DNA of 63,267 nucleotides, filler included, from Octopus bimaculoides (GCF_001194135.2; 5 parts of 5 records of this genome joined end to end with filler, not necessarily neighbours in it); one strand, 5' to 3'; counted from the first letter of the whole stretch, positions 1-14,189 are shown. Translations and numbers: made by a program. Notes: a model not told the origin generated them from the letters alone.

Positions 1-237
1 GTTCTTCTGCTGTTGGTGCTGAAGTAATGTATTATTATTATTATTATTATTGTTGTTGTTGTTGTTGTTATTATTATTATTATTTTATGTTTGACTTTTG
101 CTTTGCATTTGTACAAGTTGGATCCAAGTCTCATCCAGAGACCTCAAGAGACAATAAGTTAGAAGTTCATGTAGGTGTTATGCCTAGGTTACCATATATT
201 TGGATTTGTACAGTGTTCTAATGAATGTTTAAGAAAC

Positions 238-240
<3 letters not shown>

Positions 241-336
<96 letters not shown>

Positions 337-337
337 C
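241..337. repeat. (TAT)n(TAC)n microsatellite
   Basis: Seen directly. Confidence 0.95.
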
Positions 338-356
338 AACATCATCATTATGTTTA

Positions 357-575
357 GGACGGCGAAGAGGCAGAATGGTAAGCGTGTCGGACAACATGCT
401 CAACGGCATTTCTTCCAGTCCTTTACGTGCTAAGCTCAAATCTTACCGATGTCAACTTTAGCGTTCATCCTCTCAGGATCGATAAAATAAGTAACAGTTG
501 GCCACTCGGGTCGACGTTATCGACTGCACCCATTCCACCAAATTTCAGGTTCTATGCCAATGGTAGAAAAAGTCA
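357..575 (+). mobile_element. SINE family A (ggcggcgagctggcagaa-type head), old copy
   Basis: Diverged match to the copy at 4666-4856. Confidence 0.7.
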
Positions 576-1976
576 TTATTTTAATTTTTTTATCATTAGC
601 TGAGAAGTGTGTTATTATTCGAGAGCTGCAGCCTAGCTGCTTGCATAACGTTAGTATTGATCGACTCTTTATGTTTTTTTTTCTGAATTTACCTGACTTG
701 CTTTTAGCAGGGCTAATAAGCCGGCATTAAATTCTGCTAAGAGGTTAATATTGTTGTCCTTTAATGTAATATAACGTGGACAAGCTACAACAGTGCTGTA
801 GCGTACGAACCGTTATCTCTACACTCCTCTTTCCGACTACATCTCAGCTCATGCCCAGCATCCATGATACTTGTATAGACGCCTTCTCTTTCGCCGTTCT
901 CTTTTACCCGCTCAATTCTATTTCATGTTCATTCTCCTCTCTTTCGTTTTCCCTTCTTCTTACTACCTCTCTTTCCTTCTTGTATGAAACATGACTACAC
1001 TTCCATTTTTATATTTTTTACGTGTATTTTTGACATGCATTTTTGTTTTTCATAAATACGCCGTTTCCAAAGGCGGTTTTTAATGGAAATGGATAAATGT
1101 GCATTTGTTAGTATAGTTAAATGCAGCTTGAATGCATTTATGTATTTGCATGTAAACTTATAATTTTGTATGCGTATGTGTATGTGTTTGTATGAGAATG
1201 CGTGTATGCGTTAAATGTAAACGGTGTACGAAAGGAATAAGTAGATGTACGTGCAACATTGTAGCATGTACCTAAGTGCGTGCACGCCCACATTCACTTG
1301 TTCATGTTTGCGTTCGTGTATATATAAACACAAACGCCCGCACACGCACACGCACGCGTACTCACGCGTAATCACACGCACACACCACACACATACGTAT
1401 GCATGCACACACGCTCGCATACAGGAGGTTGGCAGAATCGTTTGTGTGTTGCTCGAAACGCCTTGTGGCAGATTTTCCGCTTCTCTTCGTTCTGCATTCA
1501 AATCCCACGCAAGCCAACTTGGCATTTCATGCTTCCAGAGTCGATAAAATAAAACTACAGTAGAAGACATTTTCCTTTACTCTTTCGGTCCCTGCCATTT
1601 TCCTCTCCCTTCTCCATCATTGATGGTTTGGAAGAGACACTTCTGGTCTCTCATGAAAACTGCTGGTCTTTCATGAAAACTTTGACCTCAGTTTCTCCTT
1701 GGAGAAGAACTATTTAGGTACAGATCCATGGTCTTACGTACCTTGATATATAAAAGCCTTAATATATAGAAACAAAATGATTGTAAATTTGACGTTTCGC
1801 TGGAAGCAACTTCCCAAACAAACGTACTGCTTAAGAAGCTGCTTACGGCGAAAATTCCAACTAACAACAATTCTGTTCAAGAAATATTAGACTCTTGAAC
1901 ATTTCATGATTTACAGCTTTGTTGTTTTTAAATTCAAGAACTCACCAATATATAGTTACATATTTACTTATATATC

Positions 1977-2025
<49 letters not shown>

Positions 2026-2773
2026 GATATACACATAAATACGTGTGTATGTATGCATGTATGCATGTATGTATCTATCTATCTATGTACACACAAATAT
2101 ATGTACACACACACACATATACATGTATGTATAGACATATAGAGCGAAAGATAATGAGAGGGAGAAAAAAGGGAGAGATGGAAGAGAGAGTGAGAAAGAT
2201 ACAGAGAAAGAGAGAGAGAGAAAGAGAGAGATTGAGAGAGTGCAACCGATGTCTGTCACGCAATAATAGTAAAAGTATAGAATTTACAAGTATCCTATGG
2301 CAACAGTGCTAATTAATTCCGATTATGATAGATGAAATATCTTTAGGCTATGCCATGAAAACTTAGGACCAGATGGTGGGCTGAAGCATCTAACGTAAAC
2401 CATAGCTTGTCAAAGTATCTGCTGTGTAGAGAAAACTAGATTTAGTGAGATAGCGTTGGTGTATTCTCATACTCTCTCCATTCAATTGAGTATGGTAATG
2501 CTGGAGCACAATCTTCAACCTACCCCAGTGCTAATTGTAATATCGTACTTGTTATCAATCGCTTATCGTTCTTATTTTTATCAACTAAGTTCAAGGGATG
2601 CAATGCTGCATATCTGTTTCGACTGATAAACATAAACTCAGAAATAGACACACAATTATACATACACCTCAACACATACAATCGCACACATATATTTGTA
2701 TATTATCAATGTATTTGTTTGTACAAAGTGTTGTCGAAGTATAGTTGACCTTGAAGTATACAATTGCTGAATG

Positions 2774-3128
2774 TGGAGGCGCAATGGCCCAGTGGTTAGG
2801 GCAGCGGACTCGCGGTCATAGGATCACGGTTTCGATTCCCAGACCGGGCGTTGTGAGTGTTTATTGAGCGAAAACACCTAAAGCTCCACGAGGCTCCGGC
2901 AGAGGATGGTGGCGAACCCTGCTGTACTCTTTCACCACAACTTTCTCTCACTCTTACTTCTTGTTTCTGTTGTGCCTGTAATTCAAAGGGTCAGCCTTGT
3001 CACACTGTGTCACGCTGAATATCCCCGAGAACTACGTTAAGGGTACCCGTGTCTATGGAGTGCTCAGCCAGTTGCACGTTAATTTCACGAGCAGGCTGTT
3101 CCGTTGATCGGATCAACTGGAACCCTCG
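2774..3128 (+). mobile_element. tRNA-derived SINE family B, near full length
   Basis: Pol III A-box tggcccagtggttagg and B-box ggtttcgattccc in a tRNA-like head, followed by a body shared with 45770 and 54033. Confidence 0.9.
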
Positions 3129-3491
3129 AAAATATATATTTAAAAAATACAATTGCTGAAAAGAAATTAGAAATTCGTATGGCAGCCATCAATAAAATTC
3201 AAAAAGCGTGCGTACACACACACGCGCACACATATGCACACAAACACACACACACACTCACACACCGCCACACAGACACGCATACGTATATTGATGTTAG
3301 AGTTGTTTACTGACAAAAGCGATGGTCGTGGTTAGAATTCCTTAGACCATCGAACTGCTCAATGAAGGACGTTTTCTCTATTACAGTGTTCGCAACTTGT
3401 AGTTAAAAGGTGGGGCTATGATGATGCGAATCCTCCTTTCCTGACCGTTTCATCTAGCTGAGTGAGAATGAGTGACAGAAAATGAGAGCGC

Positions 3492-3545
<54 letters not shown>

Positions 3546-3729
3546 TAGATAGAGAGAAAGAAAGAGAGAGAGAGAGAGAGAGGGGTGGGGGAAGAAGTAA
3601 AAAGGGGAGGAAATGCAAAATTGACTTCGGCGTGACCTGAACCCAAAGCCGGAACAAATACTGCAAGGCATTCTACTAGACACTCTGACTACTTAATTTA
3701 ACACTAAATCAATGTTCATCTGAAGATAA

Positions 3730-4180
3730 TCATCATCACCATCACATACAACTTCCTATCATCATCCCTGTCATCATCCCTATCATCATCATCATCACCT
3801 TCATCGTTATTGTCGCCGTCAACATCGTTGTTCTCGTTGTCGTCACCGTATTCGACGTCTTTGTCCTCCTCCTCATTTTCTCCTCTACCTCCACCTCCTC
3901 TAGCTCCACTTCCTCCTCCACCACCTCCATCATCTCCCCTTCTCTCTCCACCTCTCCCTTCAATTCGACATCACAGCGACAACGATGCAAGCAGTACTGA
4001 TGATGGTGATGATGATGATGACGACGACGACGTCATTGTCGTCATCATCATCATCACCATCATCATCATCAAAATCAGCAAACCACACTAACGACAACGA
4101 ACACGACAACAACAAAAAAAGCAGCAGCAGCAACAACAACAACAATTGCAACACTAAAGACAACAGCAGCAACAACAATG
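3730..4180. repeat. Compound trinucleotide low-complexity tract (ATC/GTC/CTC/GAT/AAC)
   Basis: Seen directly; it explains the poly-S/P/D/N ORFs here. Confidence 0.9.
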
Positions 4181-4665
4181 ATTTTTTTACACAATCTCCA
4201 ATACTAAAGCCAGAAACACAGTACCCGATTCCTTCAAAGACAGGTGTTGGTTGATATACAATCAGATAATTACTTTAATATATCATGGTTACAGACAACA
4301 GTAAATCTGACGAAATTTTATTGTGTTAGACTTAATATATTTCAATGTTGACATTTGTCTGTAGAAAATTACCCAAAATAAATGAATTAAGAAAATCTAT
4401 AAAAGAGTATATTTCGGTGTTGCTGTTTCACCACAGGTCAAAGATGTCAGAGCTATGATCATTTGGTCTTTTGCTTCATATATTTAGGACTTTATTGTCT
4501 AATTTGTCATTCTTTTAAGGTAGAATGATGTAATAGAAGTATTTGGTTGCTGCTTTGGTATAAAATAATATTGAGAATGAACGGGTTTAACAAATGAAAC
4601 ATGCTGAATTTGACTTCCTTCGATATGACTGAACTTCGGTGCATTCAGAACTATACATGCTTTAA

Positions 4666-4856
4666 GGCAGCGAGGTGGCAGAAACGTTAGCGCGCCGGGT
4701 GAAATGCTTAGCGGTATTTCGTCTGACGTTACGTTCTGAGTTCAAATTCCGCCGAGGTCGACTTTGCCTTTCATCCTTTCGGGGTCGATAAATAAAGTAC
4801 CAGTTACGCACTAGGGTTGATGTAATCGACTTAATCCCTTTGTCTGTCCTTGTTTG
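4666..4856 (+). mobile_element. SINE family A, young copy
   Basis: ggcagcgaggtggcagaaacgttagc...gttcaaattccgccgaggtcgactttgcctttcatcc. Many homologues occur in this window. Confidence 0.9.
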
Positions 4857-4866
4857 NNNNNNNNNN

Positions 4867-4908
<42 letters not shown>

Positions 4909-4939
4909 AAATACCTCCATCATTTTGTCACAGATGACT

Positions 4940-6050
4940 ACACCAGGAATTTGACCAGGGATCTTGTGGATCATGGCACCAAGATAGGGGCTAAACAGAG
5001 TGGGAGCAGTGAGGCAACCTCGTGTCGGGTCACCATGGCTGGAATCTCGTCGACTTACCACCTTGGTCAAGGCGTGTGAGCTGTAATACGTTGATGACAA
5101 TGCTACGCTAGTGTGCTCGGATTTCGGTCTTCAGGATGATGTGAACTTCGTGGAAAACATACACACGCTTTGCTTTTGTCACAAACATAATGAAGACGAA
5201 GATCCTTGTACAGGGAACCCCCGGCCAGCATTCCATAACACCAGTGACGTAAGGCTACGTGGCACTACCCTCTGAGGCTTTTCTATATTTTGGAAGCCGC
5301 CTGTCCAGTGATTGCACCATTCAGAAAGACATCGAGAATAGGGTCAGAGCAGCCTATACCGCTTTCGGAAGACTTTCAAAACGAGCCTTCCTAACCCACA
5401 ACCTTACCATCCAAACGTAAATCAAGGTATTCCAAGTCATTGTTCTCTTTCCACACCCGCTTACAGCTGTGAGACGTGGAAGTTGTGTCGACGACATTTG
5501 AAGAAAATTGAACGTTCCAACATCACAAATTTCGCCACACAAGCATGAGGATTCGATGGAAAAACTACACTACCAATGAAGAGGTTCTGCACAGGGCGGG
5601 ACTGTTCTGCATTGAAATCCCCATGGAACCTCCTCTGATCCGGACTCATCATAGGTATGCATCAAACGCATTTCTTCTGCCTAATTGTCTTTGCGGAATT
5701 GGCCTCAGACACCAGACTATGAAGGGCCCCCAAATTCCATTTCTGAGACTAGCTCAAGTCTACTCTCCTCCTCTGCTCCATTAATCCAAGTAACCAGGAG
5801 ACAATTGTCATGGCTGCCCAAAGCAGTAGCATGTCAATATCGAGGGAACAGACCAGATGGAAAATAACAGGCAATAAGCGGCAGAGATTAAACGCCGAAG
5901 GCGCAAACAACGACTCGTACTTCCCCGTCCCTCACTAACGCTCTCCTGCGATAAATGCCCTCAGCTGTTGCACACATCTCTTGGCCTGAACAACCACCTC
6001 AGGCACCAGCATTCTTCACACCAACCACACCCATCAAGATGAAGAAGCTC
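4940..6050 (+). mobile_element. Decayed RTE-clade LINE, RT C-terminal region and 3' end
   Basis: Interrupted translation: EL*YVDD near 5078-5100 (YADD motif), then DCTIQKDIENRVRAAYTAFGRLSKRAF, YSCETW and MRIRWKNYTTNEEVL. Contains stops and frameshifts. Confidence 0.8.
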
Positions 6051-6609
6051 GATCACAGACTACAGATCTACTACTCGGATACGAGTTAACGCCGACGCTG
6101 ACCTCAGTATATATGTATGTAGGTATATATGTGTATACACACACACATACATATATATATGTGCATGCATGTATAAACATATGTCTATATATATATGTAT
6201 GTACATAAACACGCACATACATACACGCACATGTATATGTGCCCATAAACACACGCATATACGCACGCACACACATATATAACTGCCGATATAAATATTG
6301 GTTGGTTAGTTGTTTTATTGACTTCTTTACATTGTATATTTAACAAATATACAATATCTGATTTGAAGTAAACTTTCAGTCATCACGATATTAAGCATTA
6401 ACACACTAACAAATTGTTCCTTCTTTTTCCCTCTTGTACATACACTACAGTAATTCCTACTTCTCTGAACTAGCAACTACACAGACACGACAGATGTAAA
6501 TAGACAGCCCTTAAAATATCGTTTAATGTTTAATTTAACTTGGAAAAGGTCTTTTTTTAATATTGATTGACATTTTTACGTCTCAGGTTCTATGTGTGAC
6601 TCTTTAAAC

Positions 6610-7260
6610 ATGCCACATACAAGAGAAGCCTAGGAACTGTCCGAATTTCAAAGAGGCTGTATTGTAGGTCAATCTGAAGGTGGACGTAGTCAACATAAAA
6701 TTGCAGAAAAACTTGGGATCCTACTTTCTACAATTAATAGAATGATTGTGCAATTCACCGGAGAAGGGAAGGAGTCCACATAACCTCGCCCAGGGCCCTC
6801 TAACAGGACCCTTCGCTTTGTTAAGAAAAGTGTAAAGGATAATCCTCATTGCATGGCCTCTGCCAAAGCAAAACAAGTTGATGTGAGTCCCAGAACAGCT
6901 GTAAGGTATCTCTACAAATTTGGCTACTATGGCAGAACATCAAGAAGGAAGCCACTTCTTCGATCAGCCAATATGAAGCGGAGAAATGATTGGGCCAGTG
7001 AGATGGCGGAGAGGCCACTAGCATTTTGGGACGCTGTCATATTCTCTGATGAGTCCAGATTGGTTCGAAGAGAACGACATTAAAAAGCTTCCATGGCCAA
7101 GTCAGTCACCAAATATGAACCCATTTGAACACTTCTGGGGTATAAAAATAGAAAGAAAGCATCCTCAAAGCCAAATCTTTTAAGACCACTGTACAAAACT
7201 TGGCAAGACATTCCTCGAGAGAATATTCGTTATCTGATCAGTAACATGCCTAATAGGACC
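6610..7260 (+). mobile_element. Tc1-family transposase pseudogene, internally deleted
   Basis: [12 protein letters not shown] (HTH region), GYYGRTSRRKPLL, WDAVIFSDESR (7042-7059) and WPSQSPNMNPFEHFW (from 7094). The DDE core between these motifs is mostly missing. Contains stops and a frameshift. Confidence 0.9.
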
Positions 7261-7329
7261 TTTGCATTGGATAATTAATAATTTGAATGTATAGTTTCAG
7301 ATTTAAATAAATTTTAACGATTATAAGGG

Positions 7330-8820
7330 CATCTATTTACTTCTGTCATGTCTGAGTATGTTCATTCTTAACGAAGTAAGGAGTTTCTGGTTGGACCTAT
7401 AAAGTTGAAGTTTGAGTTTGTACATGTTCAATTTTACATCTAATAAAAAGTAATATGTTCTGGAAGGGAAATCCTGTGAATTTATGTTTTGATGGGGAAT
7501 AGATTGGGAATAGTGAGTTAGAGCACGGCTTGGGAAAGAAATAAAATCTAAGTTTTGTAAAGGTGAGAGATGGTTGAGTAGAGGTAGCATATCCGAGAAC
7601 CAGATATTGTTTTAGTAGTGGAAGAAATGATTGACAGAGTATATAGCAGCGAGTCTATGATCCAAAGGTTGATGAGTATTGATGAAAGGGGCCTTGCCAA
7701 TCAGAAAGAAGTAATGTTTTCTTTTTGATGCAGTCCAACATGTTTGTGTTTATAACTTCAGAAATATACCATATGTAGGTATAATATTCCATTAAGAGTT
7801 TACCTTGAACACTGTAGAACATCATCAGTTGTTAGTGACTCAGTTAAAAGATACACTTTTTTGGCAGTGAAGACGAGGGTTTGTGATTTGGAGATAGTCA
7901 TTGATATGTTATGTATTTGTGATCACATGTCAAAGACTGTAGTATTCATCATTTGTTACAACTGTCAGAATTTTAACTGCGCATTTAGAATAGAGATGAG
8001 AAATATGCGATTGTTTCCTTGATATGTTCAGTGATTCTGTCATTCTCTTTTATGCTGTTGAAGGAGACAAAGCAATCAGGTTTAATTGAGATCGTTTATG
8101 AAGTTACTGTTTCAAAGAATTGCAGAAGGAATTGTTGTTAGAGGTATCTACAAGCAGTCGTTAACGTAGAGTTGGAGGTTTGAAGACGCAACGGAATTTT
8201 GTATTAAATGAGGATTGATAAATGTGTAGGTCGTAAAGCAACTCATCAGCGCAGACTGAGAGCGTACGTTTGACAGGAAGTAGACCCCCTCCCCACTAAG
8301 AAAAGATAGACGAGAAGTTTAGCTTGAATATTCTTTTGTTAGATGGTCAAATGCTTTCTTGATCTTTAAGTAACGATATTGCACTTGACAAATTTCTCAG
8401 CATTGTGAGAACACTGGTGAGTGGCAGAAGAAAGCAGCTCTCTAGCATACCTGGCTCCACAGAAGCTATACTAATAGTCACTGTGATGAGAGAAAAACTG
8501 AATGCTGTGGCTGCTAATGACTTTTTCTATTACCTAACTTTGAGAATTTGGAAATGAAAGTGACAGGTCGTTACTTGACAGAATCAGAGTGATTGTACTT
8601 TGCATCAAAGCTCTTTTATGTTTTTAAATACTAAGGGAAGTATCTGTAGAGAAAGAGTAATTGGGGAGTTTGGTAAGATGATCTGGATTATAAGATTTAT
8701 GGATAACAGATGAGACAATGTTTCGGCAAGTTGTATCATGGGTTGAAACGAATAGAAGTGTTTTCAGACTTGGTGTGTATTTGTGCTTCTGTAATCTATC
8801 TATAATATATCTCACACTAA
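7330..8820 (-). mobile_element. Highly decayed non-LTR retrotransposon fragment (APE endonuclease-like, CR1/L2-like)
   Basis: Minus-strand remnants resembling endonuclease motifs (INDLN*PD similar to GDFNxPD; LQITNPR; LDHRL similar to SDH). Many stops. Confidence 0.4.
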
Positions 8821-9287
8821 CACCTCACTTTTAGCACTTACTCAATCTTTTTTCTCCAGACCGCAACCTTTTAAAATCTATACCTGCCCACGATATTCTG
8901 TTATATACTAAGCTGTAAAAGGATATAACAAATTTTATGCGTTTATCCAACGCTCCTGGTGTGGCAAATTCTACGAGATAATGTGAAAATAAAACAAATG
9001 ATCATGTTCAGAATCCACCTATGTATCTGTGTTATTTCGCTATATTATCATCAAAATCCATGAATTGCAGATTACGTAACAATTCTCCGCTGCCATTGAC
9101 TCCCGCTCCAACATTAATTCTATAAATATAGTTCCTCAATAATGAATATTATTGTCATTTGTTGGGTTCAGGCGAATTATTGATGAGTTTAGCAATAAAA
9201 TCTAGTTGAATCTAAATGCGACACACTTCAGCACAAAATGGCTAACCTGTATGTTTGTGTGGAGAGGCAGTTCAGATCACTAAGCGA

Positions 9288-9384
<97 letters not shown>

Positions 9385-9620
9385 CAAAGGGATGAAGGAA
9401 GGAATTAGAATTAGTAGTAGTATTAGTAGTAGTAGTAGTAGTAGTAGTAGTAGAAGCAGTCTTGTTAATGGCATTTCTCGTCTAATATGCTAATGATACC
9501 GTTGATTGAACTAAGCAGTCAGCTATATAACAAAGCTTTTATATCAATATCATACAATAAGTATTGTTCATTTTTAACCAACTATATCCCTTCCTCCTTC
9601 ACTTCCCACTCCCCTTACTG

Positions 9621-9740
9621 CTTCTTCTTCTTCTTCTTCTTCTTCTTCTTCTTCTTCTTCTTCTTCTTCTTCTTCTTCTTCTTCTTCTTCTTCTTCTTCT
9701 TCTTCTTCTTCTTCTTCTTCTTCTTCTTCTTCTTCTTCTT
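9621..9740. repeat. (CTT)n microsatellite, ~40 units
   Basis: Seen directly. Confidence 0.95.
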
Positions 9741-10126
9741 CACACACTCGAACGTTGAATTTATCATTCGTACTGATAAATATCGTAATGAATTATTAGT
9801 CTTGTAATGGCGTCTTTGCTACGGCACATAAATATTGCCATTTAATCATTAATAGATTTATAAAAGAATTTTCAATTATAAATTACTGTGATTAAAGAAA
9901 ACAAAAACATTAAAATAACGTAATGTCCTCCAAGATAGCTGATTGTGTCAAATCAAACTGATGCACATTAATTATAGTACAGCTCTGATTTTATACATAA
10001 TTACTTCCGATATTTCTTCTAAAGTAAACATTCAAATATATTATGCTAGACATGAAGATGTTCAGGAATGCGACACATATACAGATAATTATTTATATTA
10101 TTGTTACTCTATTTTTCTCTTGTACC

Positions 10127-10190
<64 letters not shown>

Positions 10191-10938
10191 TATATANNNN
10201 NNNNNNNNNNNNNNNNNNNNNNNNNNNNNNNNNNNNNNNNNNNNNNNNNNNNNNNNNNNNNNNNNNNNNNNNNNNNNNNNNNNNNNNNNNNNNNNNNNNN
10301 NNNNNNNNNNNNNNNNNNNNNNNNNNNNNNNNNNNNNNNNNNNNNNNNNNNNNNNNNNNNNNNNNNNNNNNNNNNNNNNNNNNNNNNNNNNNNNNNNNNN
10401 NNNNNNNNNNNNNNNNNNNNNNNNNNNNNNNNNNNNNNNNNNNNNNNNNNNNNNNNNNNNNNNNNNNNNNNNNNNNNNNNNNNNNNNNNNNNNNNNNNNN
10501 NNNNNNNNNNNNNNNNNNNNNNNNNNNNNNNNNNNNNNNNNNNNNNNNNNNNNNNNNNNNNNNNNNNNNNNNNNNNNNNNNNNNNNNNNNNNNNNNNNNN
10601 NNNNNNNNNNNNNNNNNNNNNNNNNNNNNNNNNNNNNNNNNNNNNNNNNNNNNNNNNNNNNNNNNNNNNNNNNNNNNNNNNNNNNNNNNNNNNNNNNNNN
10701 NNNNNNNNNNNNNNNNNNNNNNNNNNNNNNNNNNNNNNNNNNNNNNNNNNNNNNNNNNNNNNNNNNNNNNNNNNNNNNNNNNNNNNNNNNNNNNNNNNNN
10801 NNNNNNNNNNNNNNNNNNNNNNNNNNNNNNNNNNNNNNNNNNNNNNNNNNNNNNNNNNNNNNNNNNNNNNNNNNNNNNNNNNNNNNNNNNNNNNNNNNNN
10901 NNNNNNNNNNNNNNNNNNNNNNNNNNNNNNNNNNNNNN

Positions 10939-10971
<33 letters not shown>

Positions 10972-10975
10972 TTAT

Positions 10976-11010
<35 letters not shown>

Positions 11011-12876
11011 ATATTAATATGTGTATATCTATATGTATATGCATCAGCAAGGGTGGAGATATTTTCATTCTTTAATACATTACATACTCACACGCGTTTC
11101 ATTGACTAATAGACTATTCATGCAAGCATATACCTTACAATCAAATTACATAATCGAATCATCAGAGTTTGTATGATAAACGAAGTGTTAGCCTCGAAAC
11201 AATTAATAGCCGTCCGCCAGTTACATTGTCTTCACAGTTGCATTGTTTTACACAAACATAGGCATTATATACAACGGTCTTAATATAATTCCCTCGTATA
11301 ATTTCTGTTTGCGAAATCTATCTCTCAAAATGTTGATCGTTCCGAGACTATAGAAAGAAAATCTTGGCCAAGTTGCCGTGCAAAGGAATCGAATCCGGTA
11401 GCACCTGCTTGGGAAGTGACCTGTTTAATCATACATACATACACATACACACACACACACACANNNNNNNNNNNNNNNNNNNNNNNNNNNNNNNNNNNNN
11501 NNNNNNNNNNNNNNNNNNNNNNNNNNNNNNNNNNNNNNNNNNNNNNNNNNNNNNNNNNNNNNNNNNNNNNNNNNNNNNNNNNNNNNNNNNNNNNNNNNNN
11601 NNNNNNNNNNNNNNNNNNNNNNNNNNNNNNNNNNNNNNNNNNNNNNNNNNNNNNNNNNNNNNNNNNNNNNNNNNNNNNNNNNNNNNNNNNNNNNNNNNNN
11701 NNNNNNNNNNNNNNNNNNNNNNNNNNNNNNNNNNNNNNNNNNNNNNNNNNNNNNNNNNNNNNNNNNNNNNNNNNNNNNNNNNNNNNNNNNNNNNNNNNNN
11801 NNNNNNNNNNNNNNNNNNNNNNNNNNNNNNNNNNNNNNNNNNNNNNNNNNNNNNNNNNNNNNNNNNNNNNNNNNNNNNNNNNNNNNNNNNNNNNNNNNNN
11901 NNNNNNNNNNNNNNNNNNNNNNNNNNNNNNNNNNNNNNNNNNNNNNNNNNNNNNNNNNNNNNNNNNNNNNNNNNNNNNNNNNNNNNNNNNNNNNNNNNNN
12001 NNNNNNNNNNNNNNNNNNNNNNNNNNNNNNNNNNNNNNNNNNNNNNNNNNNNNNNNNNNNNNNNNNNNNNNNNNNNNNNNNNNNNNNNNNNNNNNNNNNN
12101 NNNNNNNNNNNNNNNNNNNNNNNNNNNNNNNNNNNNNNNNNNNNNNNNNNNNNNNNNNNNNNNNNNNNNNNNNNNNNNNNNNNNNNNNNNNNNNNNNNNN
12201 NNNNNNNNNNNNNNNNNNNNNNNNNNNNNNNNNNNNNNNNNNNNNNNNNNNNNNNNNNNAATTGATTCTAGACAAAAGTTTTAACTGTCTCAGATTTTAT
12301 TGTTTCTTATCTAGTGGTGATAGCATAAGGGACAATTACTTCTAAAGAGAGGGAAGGTGTAAGCAGTATGCATGGACAAGGCTATAAAATGTATTAGAAT
12401 ATAAAGGTTTCGCTGGTCAGAGTAGTATCAGGTCATTTTACTACTATCAAAATGTTGAGGAATTAATGTTGAGGAATTACAACCCAAGGTATATGGGTCA
12501 AATAGGGTTTTTTTCTTTTAGTCTGAATAGAGTAACAGTATAGTGGTACAGATAACAATAATACTTTAACCAATATTTTCACAATAAGAGGTTATGTTAA
12601 TAGAATCAATTACTAGCCTGATAGACTCGGCCATGTCAAGATGGATTTATGTATTCTTCCTCACATTTGGATTTTTATGTATTCTCTCTCCCACTTGGAT
12701 TTGAAATGTTGCCACATTTATAATATGTCTTTTCTACAGTAATTTTCTGCATTTTCGTGCAGCTGAAGATTGCTCTTCATATTGCATTTAATGTAATGCT
12801 CGCATTACTTAAATAAATTGGAGTAGCATGAAACGTGCGTACTGCAATCACCTTTGAAATCCGTGTTGCTTATTTT

Positions 12877-12919
<43 letters not shown>

Positions 12920-13159
12920 CACACATACATTTATCTATGCACACATACACATAGATACTGATACAGATATAGATATATTTGTTGTAAATGGGTTTTAAGA
13001 AATGAATAGTTATCTTACAACAATATTACCTAGAGCTTACACATTTCTTCATAAGAATGATTTCGTTACACCCGTTTCATGTGTGATAAGACGTTCGGTT
13101 GAAACGTATGTAATGCATAGATAAATAAATGAATAAATAAACAAATATATAAATTAATA

Positions 13160-13807
13160 ATAATAATAAGCCTTTCTACTAAAGGCACAAGGCCTGAAAG
13201 TTGTGTGGGGAGGGTGCTTGTCGATGACATCCACCACAGCGTATAACCGGTACTCAATTTATCCACTCCGAAATGATGAAATGCAAAGTCGACCTTGGCG
13301 GAAATCGAATTCAGAAGGACGAAACACCGCTAAGCATTTCGACTAGCGTGCTAACGAGTTTTCCTCCTCCTCCTCCTCCTCCTCCTCCTNNNNNNNNNNN
13401 NNNNNNNNNNNNNNNNNNNNNNNNNNNNNNNNNNNNNNNNNNNNNNNNNNNNNNNNNNNNNNNNNNNNNNNNNNNNNNNNNNNNNNNNNNNNNNNNNNNN
13501 NNNNNNNNNNNNNNNNNNNNNNNNNNNNNNNNNNNNNNNNNNNNNNNNNNNNNNNNNNNNTACTACAACTACTACTACTAATAATAATGATAATGGTTTC
13601 AGATTTTGCCACAAGGGCAGCCACTTTGAAGGAGGGCAGTAGTCGATTACATCAACCCCGGTGTTTCACTGGTACTTAATTTATCAATCCCGAAAGGATG
13701 AAAGGCAAACTCATTTTCGGCGGAATTTGATCTCAGAACGTAACAATGGGCGAAATACCGCTAAGCCTTTTGTCCAGCGTGCAAACGATTCTGCTAGCTC
13801 GACGCCT

Positions 13808-13869
<62 letters not shown>

Positions 13870-14042
13870 ATTTCTCCAATAGGCATCTGGCCTTAATTTT
13901 GATGAGAGGGGACTTATCAATTACATCGACTCTAGTGCTCAGTTGATAGTTATTTCATCGACTCCATAAGGATGAAAGACTAAGTTGACTTCGGCAGAAA
14001 AAATGTATTCTCTCCCGCATGCTAACGATTCTGCCAGTTCAT
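13160..14042 (-). mobile_element. Three tandem SINE family A copies separated by (CCT)n/gap/(TAC)n
   Basis: Reverse-complement SINE A bodies at ~13160-13358, 13590-13808 and 13870-14042. Confidence 0.85.
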
Positions 14043-14189
14043 GTACCTACCTCATACACACAAGAAAAATGATGATAAGAAAAACGATGGTTATGTTATG
14101 AACTTCATTAGCAAACAGCCTTTTCTACTACAAGATGCAGTGGACTCATAGCTGAGTGTCTGTAGTGTTAACATTTTTAGGGTTGTTAG

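Noticed and set aside
2774-2850. tRNA-like sequence with A and B boxes (also 40565, 45770, 54033)
   Set aside because: These are SINE heads continuing into a shared non-tRNA body, with no complete cloverleaf.
7045-7075. CTGATGA-GTCC...GGTTC-GAA hammerhead-like motif
   Set aside because: It coincides with the Tc1 SDESR codons, has GAAG rather than GAAA, and has no proper stems.
9943-12345. Long ORFs of 260-390 aa in the track (also at 16620, 22910, 28981, 31980, 44365 and 46546)
   Set aside because: They consist of N-gap X runs and dinucleotide microsatellite translations, not coding sequence.
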